Shown here piece after piece: positions 11,096 through 23,043 of a stretch of DNA of 64,000 bases. The translations under genes were made by a program, and so were the position numbers. Each line of letters opens with the position of its first letter. Positions within the stretch are counted from its first letter, which is position 1. Where the stretch lies: the NCBI GenBank assembly GCA_965644295.1, contig CBFFRP010000416.1, forward strand, positions 1 through 64,000, given 5' to 3'. The stretch comes from Paraphysomonas bandaiensis. Taxonomy: Eukaryota > Protista > Chrysophyceae. The notes under the pieces were generated by a model. That model saw only the letters and a list, made by a program, of their open reading frames with translations, searched no databases and was not told the origin of the DNA.

Positions 11096-11543
11096 ATCCT
11101 TTTTTTCCATTTTTAGATCTAGAAATTCTGTTTTTTCTCTTTTTTTCTTATATAATACTAGAAATCCTATCTTTTTAAGTAGAAATGAGGTGTTTTTATA
11201 CAACTTATTTTTTAATTATTTGAAAATTCACTCACCGTTTGAAATTCTATCTAGTAATAGTAACCGTACTCTGTATGTACAGCAGTATAGTAGTATGGAC
11301 TGCACACTGCACAGGACTGTGGTTACTATCTTCTCATATGATTCGACATATAGTCATATAGAGCAGCCTCACCTTACACAAGTTATACACACAATAACAA
11401 TCAAGAGTACTTCGAGTATTCAGTGGTATATATCCATCTAATAGAGTCTATCTTGAGTGTTAAGTTACTCTTATATCAGTAGTGTCATACATACATACAC
11501 GTACATACACATACATACACATACATACACGTACATATATCTC

Positions 11544-12423
11544 ATGTCAGTATCCACACCATCCAAACCAAAGAAAAGACCAGCAGAAAACAATGGTCCA
11601 GATACTCCTAGTAAATACAGGAAGACAGAATTGAATACAGATCAAGAGAAATTCACTAATAGTCGTATGTTTGATAAGCCTGGTGTGGGGAGGATATTAG
11701 ATAGACGGGTTAGCCTAAATATGCTTAATGACTCTTCTCTATATTCTATATTACGGGCATGGGTGTATGATAATCCAGAAATAGAACAGCCTCAAGTATG
11801 TAGTTTGACTTGTGTATGGCTTACTGAAGTATATGTGTGCAGGCTTCACAATCTACACCGAGAACAAGCTCGAATAATGACGTTTCAACTGATTATGACG
11901 ATGTTATACGATACTTAGGTTGTTTTATGTACTTGCCAGCAGTAGTGAGTAATGTATATCTTGTAGAGCAAGCTTTAAAACCGAAGAAAGCTTCTACAAC
12001 AGGAGGGGAGGTTTGTTGTCAAGAAAAGATACTTCCGCTCTGATCGTTTTTACAGATCCGCTGTGTTAACACTCTTGACGGAATATCATCTGCTGATATA
12101 CTCTCTCTTCATGTTCTATATTATAAGAAGATTCGTCGCATGTATGTATATTACTTTGTATTGTCAGAGTTAACGCTGTGCACAGTTGGCGAATGTTGGC
12201 AGCATCCCGGTACGCTCGCCTGAAGGTACGAGGACAAAAATTATCTCCGACCCTAGAACTACCATCATATGATGCGCTGGAAGCCCTCCTCAAGAGGAAC
12301 CCTGGTGATGAGTTTTGTATATCTCATCTGCAGGATGCCCTCAAGACACGGAATAATGAACAACAGGAACGTGATGGTAGCAGCAGTAGCAGTACTGAGA
12401 TTTGTTCCGATGGTTCCACCTGA
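11544..12423 (+). CDS. LIN37: LIN37-like protein (MuvB/DREAM subunit), multi-exon
   Basis: LDRRVSLNMLNDSSLYSILRAWVYDNP resembles the LIN37 conserved motif (DRSVDL...LYPICRAW). Several short GT-AG introns. Exon boundaries are approximate. Confidence 0.65.
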
Positions 12424-12991
12424 TCATCTGTGTCATAATTTAGTTGCAAGTGTTTGTATATAATAATATACTGTAGATTTTGATATGTGTGTTGTTCAAT
12501 GCTGTAATGCTTGTGATGAATTTCACGAAACCGACAGCCGAGTGTTCGTGAGTTAGGTATGACTGGATCGCTAAGTGGTAGTAAACGTTATGCGAATCAA
12601 TCTAACATTCTAGCTTGACACCTCTTTTTTGTATGCTATACCGAGTACTCATCGAATATGCGTATTTTTGCAATTTAATACGTATGTGCTGACATATGAA
12701 CTATCAAACTCTGAGCAATTATTCGACTACTATACAGGGCCTGTGTTCCTTGTATAGATGCCAGGAGAAATTATTCGTGCAGTACTTGTAAGTTTTTCTA
12801 GTTTCGTGTATTGTTGTTTTACACTTGACTGATCAAAAATAGTGTATCCAGTTATCCATCATTGTTCCAAAAAATAGACAATACGTTTGGTAAGGACTGT
12901 AATGATACTGAAACAATAGTACTCCCTCTTTTGGAGTATATTGCATATATAATATATATAGCGTAAGGCGTAAGTTTCGCGATGCCCTCCG

Positions 12992-15900
12992 TATTGACTA
13001 AAGACCATTTTCAGATGATTAAGATCGTTGTAAGAGAAGTTTAAGTTAGTCAAACTAGATAGATTACTTTATTATGATTGTATACACAATTGTGTGTGTT
13101 GTCATGTAGCACATGTCAACAACATGATAAATTATTTCGTTCATGTTAACCACTGCTCAACTTCCGTATCTTGAATCGTCATGATATAATACTTCAGTTT
13201 CACAGTTATAGCTATATAGCACCTTTTGACTATTGACTACGTATTACTGTTTTTCACATTGTATTTAACGTATTCTACAGTACTATCTTAGAGAACCATA
13301 CGTATTCCAACACTCCTCCTCAATGTAGAAACGAGTAATCGTCATTATACTGCAGCTATATATATCATCTAGTCATCTTAGGATAAAACGGATGTGAAAA
13401 TCTTCATAAAGATACTGTGAACATCACACTTCGCTGTAACACAGTTATGTGGGATTCTTACCCACTAAAAACACACCCTTAACCTTTCTTGAACCGCTTC
13501 TTCTGATTCTTCTCAACTTCATTTGAAATGCTCCTCTTTTCCCCTGTGATAGTTTCTTCATGGAGTTTAAAGAGCTTTGTAGATAACGCTTTTGTAAATA
13601 TGTCGGCCGCCATATCCTTAGTCGATACATGAATCAATCTGGCTGTAGGAAACCTTCCATTTACGTGTTCCCGAACCCAGTGGTACTTTATCTGAATATG
13701 TTTTGATCTTTTGTGATAGACTGGATTTTCTGACAGATCTTTTGCACTCTTGCTGTCCATGAAGAATGGGGTTGGCTTCGTCAATGCGAGTCCTAGCTCT
13801 CGTAACACCCCCCGTAGCCACACCAGTTCTTGCATGGCCGCATATTCAGCCATATACTCGGACTCCATACTGGAAGTTGCAACTGTAGTCTGCAGTTTGG
13901 ACTGCCATGCGATTGCTCCAGCACATAAGAATACAATATAACCGGTAGTTGAACGTCTCGTTAGTATATCACCTGCCCAGTCCGCATCACTAAATACATG
14001 TAAATCAAACTTACTCCCACTGAATTTGATTCCTTTGCTGGTGGTGCCTCTCAAATATTTCAATAAATGAATAGCTAAACGACACGATGCGTATGTAGGA
14101 TTACTGCTGTATCTCGATAGTAATCCGATTGCATAGGCGAGATCTGGTCTTGTGTGGAGTGCGAGATACAGGATTGCTCCAATAATACTACGATACGGAA
14201 ATTTTGAGACCCAGTCCTCCTGTTCTGATGTAAGTTCCCGTTCTGCAGCTAGTAGTTCTTGTGCATTTGATGGCAACGGAGCTTCCTTATTCTTTCTACT
14301 GTTTCCCATGACATGGTTGAATTTCTGAATCACTTTCTCCGCATACTGTGATTGATCTAGTTTGAACCAGTCTTCGCCTCTCGTGATTCGAATATTTAGG
14401 AAACTTTGGCACTCTCCCATGTCCCTCATTTCAAACGTTTGGCAGAACTTGTTCTTGACAAAAACAAGGAATTCAAAATCCACAGATGCGATTATGATGT
14501 CATCTACATACAGGAGTAATAACGTAAGTTTGCCTTGGTGCCAACGATAATATAAGCAGGTATCTAACACGCATGATCTAAACTGCATTGACTTTATGAA
14601 TTTATCGATGTGGCGATTCCACTGACGCGGTGAGGCTCGTAAACCATATAGTGCTTTGATGAGTTTAAAACACCATCCATTGCTGAGCTCCTCATCTGGA
14701 GGTGGGTACATGTAGACATCTTCATCTAAATTTGCATAACAAAATGCAGAACTGACATCAAGCTGGTGTACATGCATATGGAACATAAAAGCAATTGCAA
14801 TCACGAGCCTGATAGTTATCCCTTTGACAACCGGTGCAAATGTAGATGGCTCCTCCTCAGTTTTCTCCTGAAGATTTCCTAGTGCGACTAGTCGAGCTTT
14901 ATACTTCTGTATGTTGCCTAGTATGTCACGCTTGAGTTTGTGAACATACTTACATCTGATTAATTTGACCCCAGATGGTCGACGTACTATCTTCAAAACG
15001 CCTCTTCGTAAAAGAGCTTTCTTCTCTATTCGTCTGGCTGTTCTCCATTCTTCCGCTTGAGGGGACCTCTCCGCCTCTAGAAAACTGTTCGGTTCATGGA
15101 CGTGTTTATTCTCAGTACTCTCCTCTGAATCCATGACATTTACATCGGCATCCATTACCTCTATCATGTTAATTTCTCCTAACACTGAAGCATTAGCTAG
15201 CCTCCTCCGTAAACGCTTACGTTTCTCTGCATCCCTTTTAGATACTCTCTGTAGGGTATTAGTACTGTTAGAATTTATAGTATCAGTATATTCAGGTACT
15301 CCCTGTTTTACTGCTCGATCAGGTTCTCCCTGAGCTGCATCTGCATCAAGTACTCCTTGAGTCATATCTTCATCAGGTGCTCCCTGAATAATACCATGGT
15401 TAACTAGCTGCTCCTGATGGCTCTCAGGTGCTGGGATAGTGGACGTACTCCGTCCATCAGCAGTGGTACTAGAAGCGTCCCTCGTTCCCGTATATCCCGT
15501 GTATCCAGGCGTATTCCTTGTCATTACCTGAACATCTTCTATATGTATGGGTACCTTCTGCTCAATGTGGATTCTCCCCGCAGTTACAAGTGACCGATAA
15601 CCAACAATGACACCCTTTCTTTCTACCACTCTGGTGGTCTTGTACAACAGCCCGTCTTCATCGTCTATGTGAAAAGTCTTCACGAGATGCTGATAATCAT
15701 TCACCGTCTTTGGTCTAGGTGCTGTTCGTACTCGAAGAGCGTCGATTTCTGCGTAATATTCTTCGGTGCGGGAAGGTATACTCTCATCTGTGAGTATGTG
15801 TACACACGTAATTACCTTATCGGTTGCTGGGAGATACACCTGGTATCCAACTTTATCTTCCGAATATCCCACTAGGTATCCAATCTTTGATTTATCGTCC

Positions 15901-18504
15901 CAGTCCTTTCGCCTGTCCGCCTTAGGTGTCAATATATAAGTTTTGCACCCCCATACTCTAAAATATTTCAAACTGGGTGGCTGACCCGTGACATACTCAT
16001 ATGGGGACATGTATCCTCTGTCCGTCCTTGTAGGGAGTCTGATCAGTGTATAGCGAGCAGCATGATACGCGTCTAACCAGAATGGAACCGGTAGGCCTGA
16101 CTGCAACAACATCGCCAACGCCATCTCTGATGCAGTCCTGAATTTTCGCTCCTCTACTGCATTCATTTCCGGACTATCTGTTGAAGACCAAGTATGTTTG
16201 TAGCAGCCTTGTGATCTCAAATAGCTCCTAAGTTCTTGATTTATGAGTTCTCCAGCTCCATCAGCGTGGTAGTGGTCCACTCTCAGCTTATATTGCCTAA
16301 TCTCTCCTTCGAACACCTCTCTAAAAAACTGAATCACTTCTTCTTTAGTACGCTGGTTTACGCCTTTTACCCAGAACATCCTACTCGGGTGATGAGTTAG
16401 TTTGATCACGTAGCGCTCATCACCTCGAGCGGGAGTATTCAGAAATACTTGCACATCAGCCGATATGTCCGGCTTGACATCCGTATCCTCCTTTGTGTGA
16501 AACGAAACTCTCGTAATCTTTGATCTGGCACATATGCTACAGAGACAAGATTTTTTTAATGCAGTCTTCGATAGGTGCTTCCTCTGCAGATTTGAGCCCG
16601 TGAACAACATCCTTCTATGTGCCTCCGTTAGAGCCCCTTTGTTGAAATGGCCCATTCTCCTATGCAGCAGTTCCAGCTCGTCCTCACCAGTCCTATCGCT
16701 AAGATTTACTTCACAATTACTCGGTGTAGACACATCTGGAAGCTCCAACAGCTGCTGAGTTGGAACTGCAGTCATTCCATTTTTCATGGGTCCCTCCAGT
16801 ACCAGCTCACCGGTATTACAGTCATAAATTTGGATCCCATACCACACCGTGAATCGATAGCCCATTTCGTTCAGCTTACGTCCGGAGCACAGGCATCGAT
16901 TGATCTGATCTGAAATTTCTATGTCTCTCCATGCTCCACGGGAACCCACACTTGTGATATGAATCTCTGATCCCTTCTTAGATCCGTTTATCACCTTTGA
17001 TGTATTCATATGAGTGTCAAGCATGGTCACATCATTCATCAAGAACATTGATGATGAACAGCATGTATCTATGTATGTATAGTGTTCAGCAGTACCAATC
17101 ATACAACATGTGTCACTTTTATCATATATATCAACAGCACAGTCATAAAGCATATTCGCTTCGGACTCCGAGTCAGACTCGGTTCCTCCTCTGCGGATAT
17201 TCTCGAATGTGAAAACCTTCCCAGATTTCTGGGGTTTCTTGGTCTTTCCAGTCGAATTTCGGGGACATTCGTTCGCGCGATGGTTTTTGGATTTGCATAC
17301 TCTGCATCCTGTATATTCCTTACTGCCCGGTCTTTGTCCCTTCGTTTCCCCCTTTTTCTTCCTACATTGTTCTGTATTATGATTGTGTATTATACCTTTC
17401 TTCGAGCAATAAGTGCACTTCCTCTTTGTAGATACTCTCTCTTTCTTTCGAGGCTTTTCAATATGATTCAGCTCCTCCGTGCTCTTGCGCTTCTTCTCTA
17501 TGATTTTCCTCCCATACTTGGTGTCGTCGAACTGTTCGATACGTTTGGATAGCAATTCATATGGTACATCATCGGGCATTAAATACAGGGCATAATTCAA
17601 ACCGTCATATTCATCACTGATAATTCCCTCCTTCAGCCTACTAATTTTTGATTCTTCCGTTACCGTTTGGTTATGCGCCTGAAGTTCACGAAGAAGCAGC
17701 TCAAAACGCAGTACATACTCTTTCGCGGTCTCCCCTGGCTTCATCTCGAATGATCCAAACTGAGCAAGCAGAGCACTAATCTTGTTTTGTGTTCCCCCTT
17801 CAAAACACGATTTAAGAGTGCTAACCATCTCTCTGGCGCTGAACTTATTAACTCTTCCTTCAGCTGCCTTGAACTCCTTGTGCTTCAGATGAAACTTCTG
17901 CAGCGCCTTCGGAGATCGCTTCACCGCCTCTCTGCAGTATGAGTAGGCAATTGCATTCGCCTTCCAATACTTGTCCACCGCTTCTTTGTAGGACTTGGTC
18001 TCAAGACTATTCAGGGGTTGAATTCCGAAATCCTCTTCCTCTGGTGGCCTTTCTAGAGCCACCTCACTCTGCTCCTTTCTCATAAGGAACGTCTCAAAGT
18101 CTTCGATCCATTGTTCAACGTTGCTCTCGTCGAACCATGGAACATCAGCTCTATCCTCCTTCTCTCCTCCGCATTCGCTACCATATTGACTAAAGACCAT
18201 TTTCAGATGATTAAGATCGTTGTAAGAGAAGTTTAAGTTAGTCAAACTAGATAGATTACTTTATTATGATTGTATACACAATTGTGTGTGTTGTCATGTA
18301 GCACATGTCAACAACATGATAAATTATTTCGTTCATGTTAACCACTGCTCAACTTCCGTATCTTGAATCGTCATGATATAATACTTCAGTTTCACAGTTA
18401 TAGCTATATAGCACCTTTTGACTATTGACTACGTATTACTGTTTTTCACATTGTATTTAACGTATTCTACAGTACTATCTTAGAGAACCATACGTATTCC
18501 AACA
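12992..18504 (-). mobile_element. Intact Ty1/copia LTR retrotransposon
   Basis: 321-bp LTRs at 12992-13312 and 18184-18504, with no difference seen by eye. 5-bp TSD CTCCG at 12987-12991 and 18505-18509. PBS TGGTAGCG abuts the 5' LTR, and PPT GAGGAGGAG precedes the 3' LTR. Confidence 0.97.
13479..18200 (-). CDS. Copia Gag-Pol polyprotein (gag, zinc knuckles, protease, integrase, RT, RNase H)
   Basis: CX2CX4HX4C knuckle, IDTCCS protease, HRRMGH...CSIC integrase zinc finger, ADGAGE, LLYVDD, FSDADWAG, KHIQIKYHWVRE. The order INT-RT-RH is copia-type. The first ATG (18200) lies inside the 5' LTR. Confidence 0.97.
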   Translation of the reverse strand: MVFSQYGSECGGEKEDRADVPWFDESNVEQWIEDFETFLMRKEQSEVALERPPEEEDFGIQPLNSLETKSYKEAVDKYWKANAIAYSYCREAVKRSPKALQKFHLKHKEFKAAEGRVNKFSAREMVSTLKSCFEGGTQNKISALLAQFGSFEMKPGETAKEYVLRFELLLRELQAHNQTVTEESKISRLKEGIISDEYDGLNYALYLMPDDVPYELLSKRIEQFDDTKYGRKIIEKKRKSTEELNHIEKPRKKERVSTKRKCTYCSKKGIIHNHNTEQCRKKKGETKGQRPGSKEYTGCRVCKSKNHRANECPRNSTGKTKKPQKSGKVFTFENIRRGGTESDSESEANMLYDCAVDIYDKSDTCCMIGTAEHYTYIDTCCSSSMFLMNDVTMLDTHMNTSKVINGSKKGSEIHITSVGSRGAWRDIEISDQINRCLCSGRKLNEMGYRFTVWYGIQIYDCNTGELVLEGPMKNGMTAVPTQQLLELPDVSTPSNCEVNLSDRTGEDELELLHRRMGHFNKGALTEAHRRMLFTGSNLQRKHLSKTALKKSCLCSICARSKITRVSFHTKEDTDVKPDISADVQVFLNTPARGDERYVIKLTHHPSRMFWVKGVNQRTKEEVIQFFREVFEGEIRQYKLRVDHYHADGAGELINQELRSYLRSQGCYKHTWSSTDSPEMNAVEERKFRTASEMALAMLLQSGLPVPFWLDAYHAARYTLIRLPTRTDRGYMSPYEYVTGQPPSLKYFRVWGCKTYILTPKADRRKDWDDKSKIGYLVGYSEDKVGYQVYLPATDKVITCVHILTDESIPSRTEEYYAEIDALRVRTAPRPKTVNDYQHLVKTFHIDDEDGLLYKTTRVVERKGVIVGYRSLVTAGRIHIEQKVPIHIEDVQVMTRNTPGYTGYTGTRDASSTTADGRSTSTIPAPESHQEQLVNHGIIQGAPDEDMTQGVLDADAAQGEPDRAVKQGVPEYTDTINSNSTNTLQRVSKRDAEKRKRLRRRLANASVLGEINMIEVMDADVNVMDSEESTENKHVHEPNSFLEAERSPQAEEWRTARRIEKKALLRRGVLKIVRRPSGVKLIRCKYVHKLKRDILGNIQKYKARLVALGNLQEKTEEEPSTFAPVVKGITIRLVIAIAFMFHMHVHQLDVSSAFCYANLDEDVYMYPPPDEELSNGWCFKLIKALYGLRASPRQWNRHIDKFIKSMQFRSCVLDTCLYYRWHQGKLTLLLLYVDDIIIASVDFEFLVFVKNKFCQTFEMRDMGECQSFLNIRITRGEDWFKLDQSQYAEKVIQKFNHVMGNSRKNKEAPLPSNAQELLAAERELTSEQEDWVSKFPYRSIIGAILYLALHTRPDLAYAIGLLSRYSSNPTYASCRLAIHLLKYLRGTTSKGIKFSGSKFDLHVFSDADWAGDILTRRSTTGYIVFLCAGAIAWQSKLQTTVATSSMESEYMAEYAAMQELVWLRGVLRELGLALTKPTPFFMDSKSAKDLSENPVYHKRSKHIQIKYHWVREHVNGRFPTARLIHVSTKDMAADIFTKALSTKLFKLHEETITGEKRSISNEVEKNQKKRFKKG

Positions 18505-18810
18505 CTCCGCTGCAAAAATAAATTACTATGATCTATTTTTATGTTTAAAATATGTGTAAAATATTCAAACAAATATTTAGAAGAAAGTGATGTCAGCTAT
18601 TTTGTGAAAGATGCTTTCTAAATTAAAAGAGTGTACTGGTGTACTAGTATTGGGGACCGCCTAACCAAATAGTAATCAAGACTGGTGCATTTCATTATTA
18701 CACAACCACGTTCTTGAAATCGTGACTATTATAATTTCAAATGCTTGTACGTGTAATATTGCAACTGCTAAAGTATAATACTTGAGAGTTATATGCCGCT
18801 TCGAAGCAGG

Positions 18811-19410
18811 TTATGCTTCATACGCGAATAGAGGCTCGTCAGAGCGAGTACGTTTCATGGTTGCGGGTGACTTGAAGAGTAGCACAATGTAGACAGCGGA
18901 TGATACATATGATATAACTACCGATGCAATAACAATATAAAATGCCCATGCATAATCTACCTCAGGGTCATTGGGATATTCAACATTCATGTCGTCGTTG
19001 CTGGTTAAGTAGGACCTTTTGAAGTATGAAAATATCACCAGACACATTAAACCGAATGTAGACTGAATAAGTCCTGTCAACCCCATTGCAAAAGAAAAAA
19101 ATCCAAACCCTGGACTACCACATGTCATGAGGTACATCGCACATACTCCTGTTCCGAATATTATTGATATCACTGCAGAGGCTTTACTGGAGTTAAGATA
19201 ACCACATTGAATATCTGTCATATCCGAATGACATTTACTGGAGACTTGATTACCTCCTGATTCTCTTAGAAATATACCATAGAAGCTGTCATCATTGTCT
19301 GTAGACTCTTTAGTCCAGAATACAACTGACACTGCCATAATAAACAGAAATAATGATAGAAAAGTAGAGATAAAGTATCCAAATGAAACATTTTTGGGTG
19401 TGAGATTCAT
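18811..19410 (-). CDS. Four-transmembrane claudin/PMP22-like membrane protein
   Basis: Four hydrophobic segments. W...YGIF...C...C motif in the first loop, YAWAFY before TM4. Confidence 0.7.
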   Translation of the reverse strand: MNLTPKNVSFGYFISTFLSLFLFIMAVSVVFWTKESTDNDDSFYGIFLRESGGNQVSSKCHSDMTDIQCGYLNSSKASAVISIIFGTGVCAMYLMTCGSPGFGFFSFAMGLTGLIQSTFGLMCLVIFSYFKRSYLTSNDDMNVEYPNDPEVDYAWAFYIVIASVVISYVSSAVYIVLLFKSPATMKRTRSDEPLFAYEA

Positions 19411-19953
19411 TGGAAGTTTATATGGAGGGGATGAGGGGGTGATTGTATAGGTTAATGTTATATATATGGTGTGGTGGTAATAATATGGAGATGATGAACA
19501 ACTGAGCTGAGCTGTGTATGTACATAGCTCTCATATCATACGGCATATATATATGTATATACGTATATACCATACCACCGTACCCCTATACTGGTTGTAG
19601 GTACTCCGTACTGGGCATCATATTCAGGCGATATGCTGCTAATTGTACTATGTCGTACATACTATACACTATACATGTTCAGTGTACTGCTGTACTACTG
19701 TACTTCTGCTTTGTACTGCTGTAAGTTAATATAGTGCAACAGTACATACGTTAAAAATCCTTAATATTATATCACCAGATTTCTAGATTTCTGATATTTT
19801 TTCGAAACTATCCTAAAAACCTCTGAAATTCTACACTTTTCTCTCATTATAAAGTGTTTGTTGGTAGGTTCCTAGATGCATAGCTATCATATAAGTTCCA
19901 TTACACTAGCTATCATATATATATATATCAGTATCAACTCATATAACCTCACC

Positions 19954-21156
19954 ATGAACTTTCAGCAAATGCTTGGAATGCGGGGACAAAGTGGGGGAGG
20001 TTCTACCGATACCCCTTTGCCTGATACAGCGGAGAAGGTGCAGATATCTTCCCTCTCTCTGCTTAAGATGCTGAAGCATGGTATGTCATACTATATATGG
20101 AAACTATTAATATAAGAGCTGTATATAGGTCGTGCGGGTGTACCAATGGAGGTCATGGGACTTATGCTTGGACAGTTTGTTGATGAATACACCATTACAT
20201 GTGTTGATGTGTTTGCAATGCCTCAGGTGACCTCGTCATACATGATATGCTATGTATTATAACACTCTTTGATTGAATTAGCACGGTACTGGTGTCAGTG
20301 TGGAGGCTGTAGATCCAGTATTTCAAACTAATATGCTTGATATGCTCAAGCAAACTGGCCGCCCCGAAATGGTGGTCGGTTGGTACCACTCCCATCCCGG
20401 CTTCGGTTGCTGGTTGTCAGGAGTCGATATGAACACACAGCAGTCCTTCGAACAACTTAATCCAAGGGCGGTAAGGATATACACGTGTATGTCATGTTCT
20501 ATATTATTTTCTGTACTCATATATCATTGGGAAATATAAACTTTGGATCTTTGCATTTGCTTATTCTTATTTTTATGGTTGTTTTACTACTGCATACACC
20601 GCGGTGTATTGTATTGTGCTAACAAAATATTTGCCAGGCTGCAGTAGTGATTGATCCAGTGCAAAGCGTCAAGGGAAAGGTAGTCATTGACGCCTTCCGC
20701 ATGATTGCTTCTGGACCGCAGATGATGATGGCCCTTCCTACTGAGCCTCGACAAACTACATCAAACATAGGATTCCTCAAGAAGCCCACGATACAGGCAC
20801 GTATCCATGGGCTAGACAAGTACTACTACTCCCTGGTAATAGACTGGCGCAAGAACGATCTCGAGGAACAGATTCTACAGAACTTGAACAAGAAGGACTG
20901 GACCGCGGGGTTGTTAGTGAAGCGTTTTGAGGACCACAAGAAGACAACAGAGGCCCTACTGGAAGATATGGCGCATCTCTCCAAGGGGTACTGTGATAGG
21001 GTTAAGGAAGAAGAGGGGAGAACGCCGGAAGAAGTTGAAATAATGAATGTCGGTAAAGTGGATCCTAAAAAACACCTCGAGAATGATGTGAATGAGCTAC
21101 TAGCTAACTCCATTGTACAGTGCTTGGGAACAATGATCGATACAGTAGTTTTTTAA
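19954..21156 (+). CDS. PSMD14: 26S proteasome regulatory subunit RPN11 (JAMM deubiquitinase), 4 exons
   Basis: [50 protein letters not shown] and [17 protein letters not shown]. Introns at about 20081-20129, 20227-20281 and 20471-20637. Confidence 0.97.
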
Positions 21157-21834
21157 ATTCTGTTCGTTGTCATTAATTTATGTCGTTCATCCAAATATAC
21201 AATGCTATTTGCCTCCTTAAGACTTTATACTACAATTGTAGTTTTGAGCTTAGTAGTTTAGCTACTAGTAAATGGTCGAAACTTTGACTGATCTATATTT
21301 TGTTTAGGACGACGACAAGTTCTACTTAACTCATTCGTTATGAATCTTACTAACCAGTTCGCAAACAAAGCTAACTTATCTCGAATATACACAGAAACAC
21401 CTCACGCTGAATTCATATTCGTAACTTCTTTTACAAAGTCGTTGTGTGTGTACTCAATACTCAATATTATGCGTTGTGTATTTCATTCGACGTAGTCGTA
21501 CTTATACCTTTTCAGCAAAAACGACGCTGTTAGGAATAACTTACTACTTCGTTATGTTGAGTTCTAATGAAAGGGCGCCAGAAAGTATATTAGTCTATCT
21601 AACGACAAAAGCAGCACAGCTGGTCAATATTGCTCTTTCGTAACCATCAGCAATAGAGTTTTACACGGTACGTTAATAGAACTTCTTATAGTTACTGGGT
21701 CATTGCAGCAAATAACTTCCCATGGCTACACCAATACTTTGAATACTTTTTCACATCTACTTCAGGATCACAAACACTTCTGAGGTACTCACCAAGCAGT
21801 GATACCTAGCAAGTAGAGCTGGATCATTCAAAAT

Positions 21835-22476
21835 TTAATTTTTGCCTTTCGTCAGCATTGCATAGTGTTTATGGCGCAACCATGCCTCATATTTGGGGAA
21901 GCTCACATAAACGTATATATCGACGCATGTCGCAGCCAAAAGAAGTGCCATGACAATTTTCCCGAAAAGCATTAAGTCAAAGCACAATACAGCGACAAAA
22001 ACAATAAATATAAGTCTTCCGCTGAGAGAGTACATGAAGCCAAAGTTCTCGGCCATCCAACGGGCTACGCTGGTTAAGGCCAACTCAAAGCAGCAAATAA
22101 GTATCGCGAAGAAAAAAACATACAAGGCGATAAAAACTGTGCTGATATGCGCTTTTTCTAGCACTAGAAAAGCAGCCGCAGCCATGCATATACTGATGCA
22201 CATGTAGAGCACTCTTAAAATAAGTGCCCACATCTGCATTTGCTTCAGTTCCTCTGGCGTTACATCAACAGGCTCTGGTTCTGATGTAGATTCCTTTCTC
22301 CATGGGTCCTGTGATTCCTCATCACCACCATCATGAGGGGATGACGGAGGATTATATTTTTTCTTTTCTTCCTCCACGGCTGTTACCGCAGCAGCTTTAG
22401 CGGCTTTCTGTACGGTTGGATTCTTAGCAGCTGCTGCAATATTCTCATCTGTTAGCCAAGATGGAGTATCAGACAT
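21835..22476 (-). CDS. COPI-associated (Tvp15-like) Golgi membrane protein
   Basis: YVFFFAILICCFE...ENFGFMYSLSGRLIFIVFVAVL is the COPI_assoc family pattern. Confidence 0.8.
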   Translation of the reverse strand: MSDTPSWLTDENIAAAAKNPTVQKAAKAAAVTAVEEEKKKYNPPSSPHDGGDEESQDPWRKESTSEPEPVDVTPEELKQMQMWALILRVLYMCISICMAAAAFLVLEKAHISTVFIALYVFFFAILICCFELALTSVARWMAENFGFMYSLSGRLIFIVFVAVLCFDLMLFGKIVMALLLAATCVDIYVYVSFPKYEAWLRHKHYAMLTKGKN

Positions 22477-22609
22477 TTTCCACTTGAAAATTTATTGGGA
22501 AAATAATTCTCAGGTGTTGGAGTGTTAATTACTATAATAATCTTGTGGGTTGCTTAAATCACCATACATACACACACACAACACATGCAAATAAACGACA
22601 CCTACAGTA

Positions 22610-22830
22610 CCTACCTCCTACCTACCTACATACATACATACGAGTACCAAGATACAGGAGTACCTACATACAGGAGTACCTACATACAGGAGTACCTACA
22701 TACAGGAGTACGGAGTACATAGTATAGGAGAACGTATATACAAGAGTACATACAGGAATACAGAAGTACCTACCTACAGGAGCATATACATGCGTCCATA
22801 CATGCACATACATAATACTGAATATACATA
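22610..22830. repeat. Degenerate minisatellite (TACATACAGGAGTACC) in a divergent intergenic region
   Basis: 16-bp unit repeated about 3 times, plus degenerate copies. Confidence 0.8.
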
Positions 22831-23043
22831 CGTATGTAGGGGAATCTCAACACAGCAACCCATTTCCAATGGACTATGTGCACCATTCAATATGTAGCTT
22901 GCTCTACTAGGAATTCCTACATGCATGTGTATGTCACCTCTGTTTCATACATACGTACATCTACATACATACACATACATACATACATACATATTCCCAG
23001 CACCACTTTAACTCTCTCTCATATTAACAATATATACATACAC

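Noticed and set aside
11219-11247. Two TTTGAA (CHR-like) motifs upstream of the LIN37-like gene
   Set aside because: A hexamer in AT-rich DNA, ~300 bp from the ATG, is expected by chance
12859-13053. 64-aa ORF matching the Gag N-terminus
   Set aside because: It is the 3' LTR copy of the gag start reading into flanking DNA
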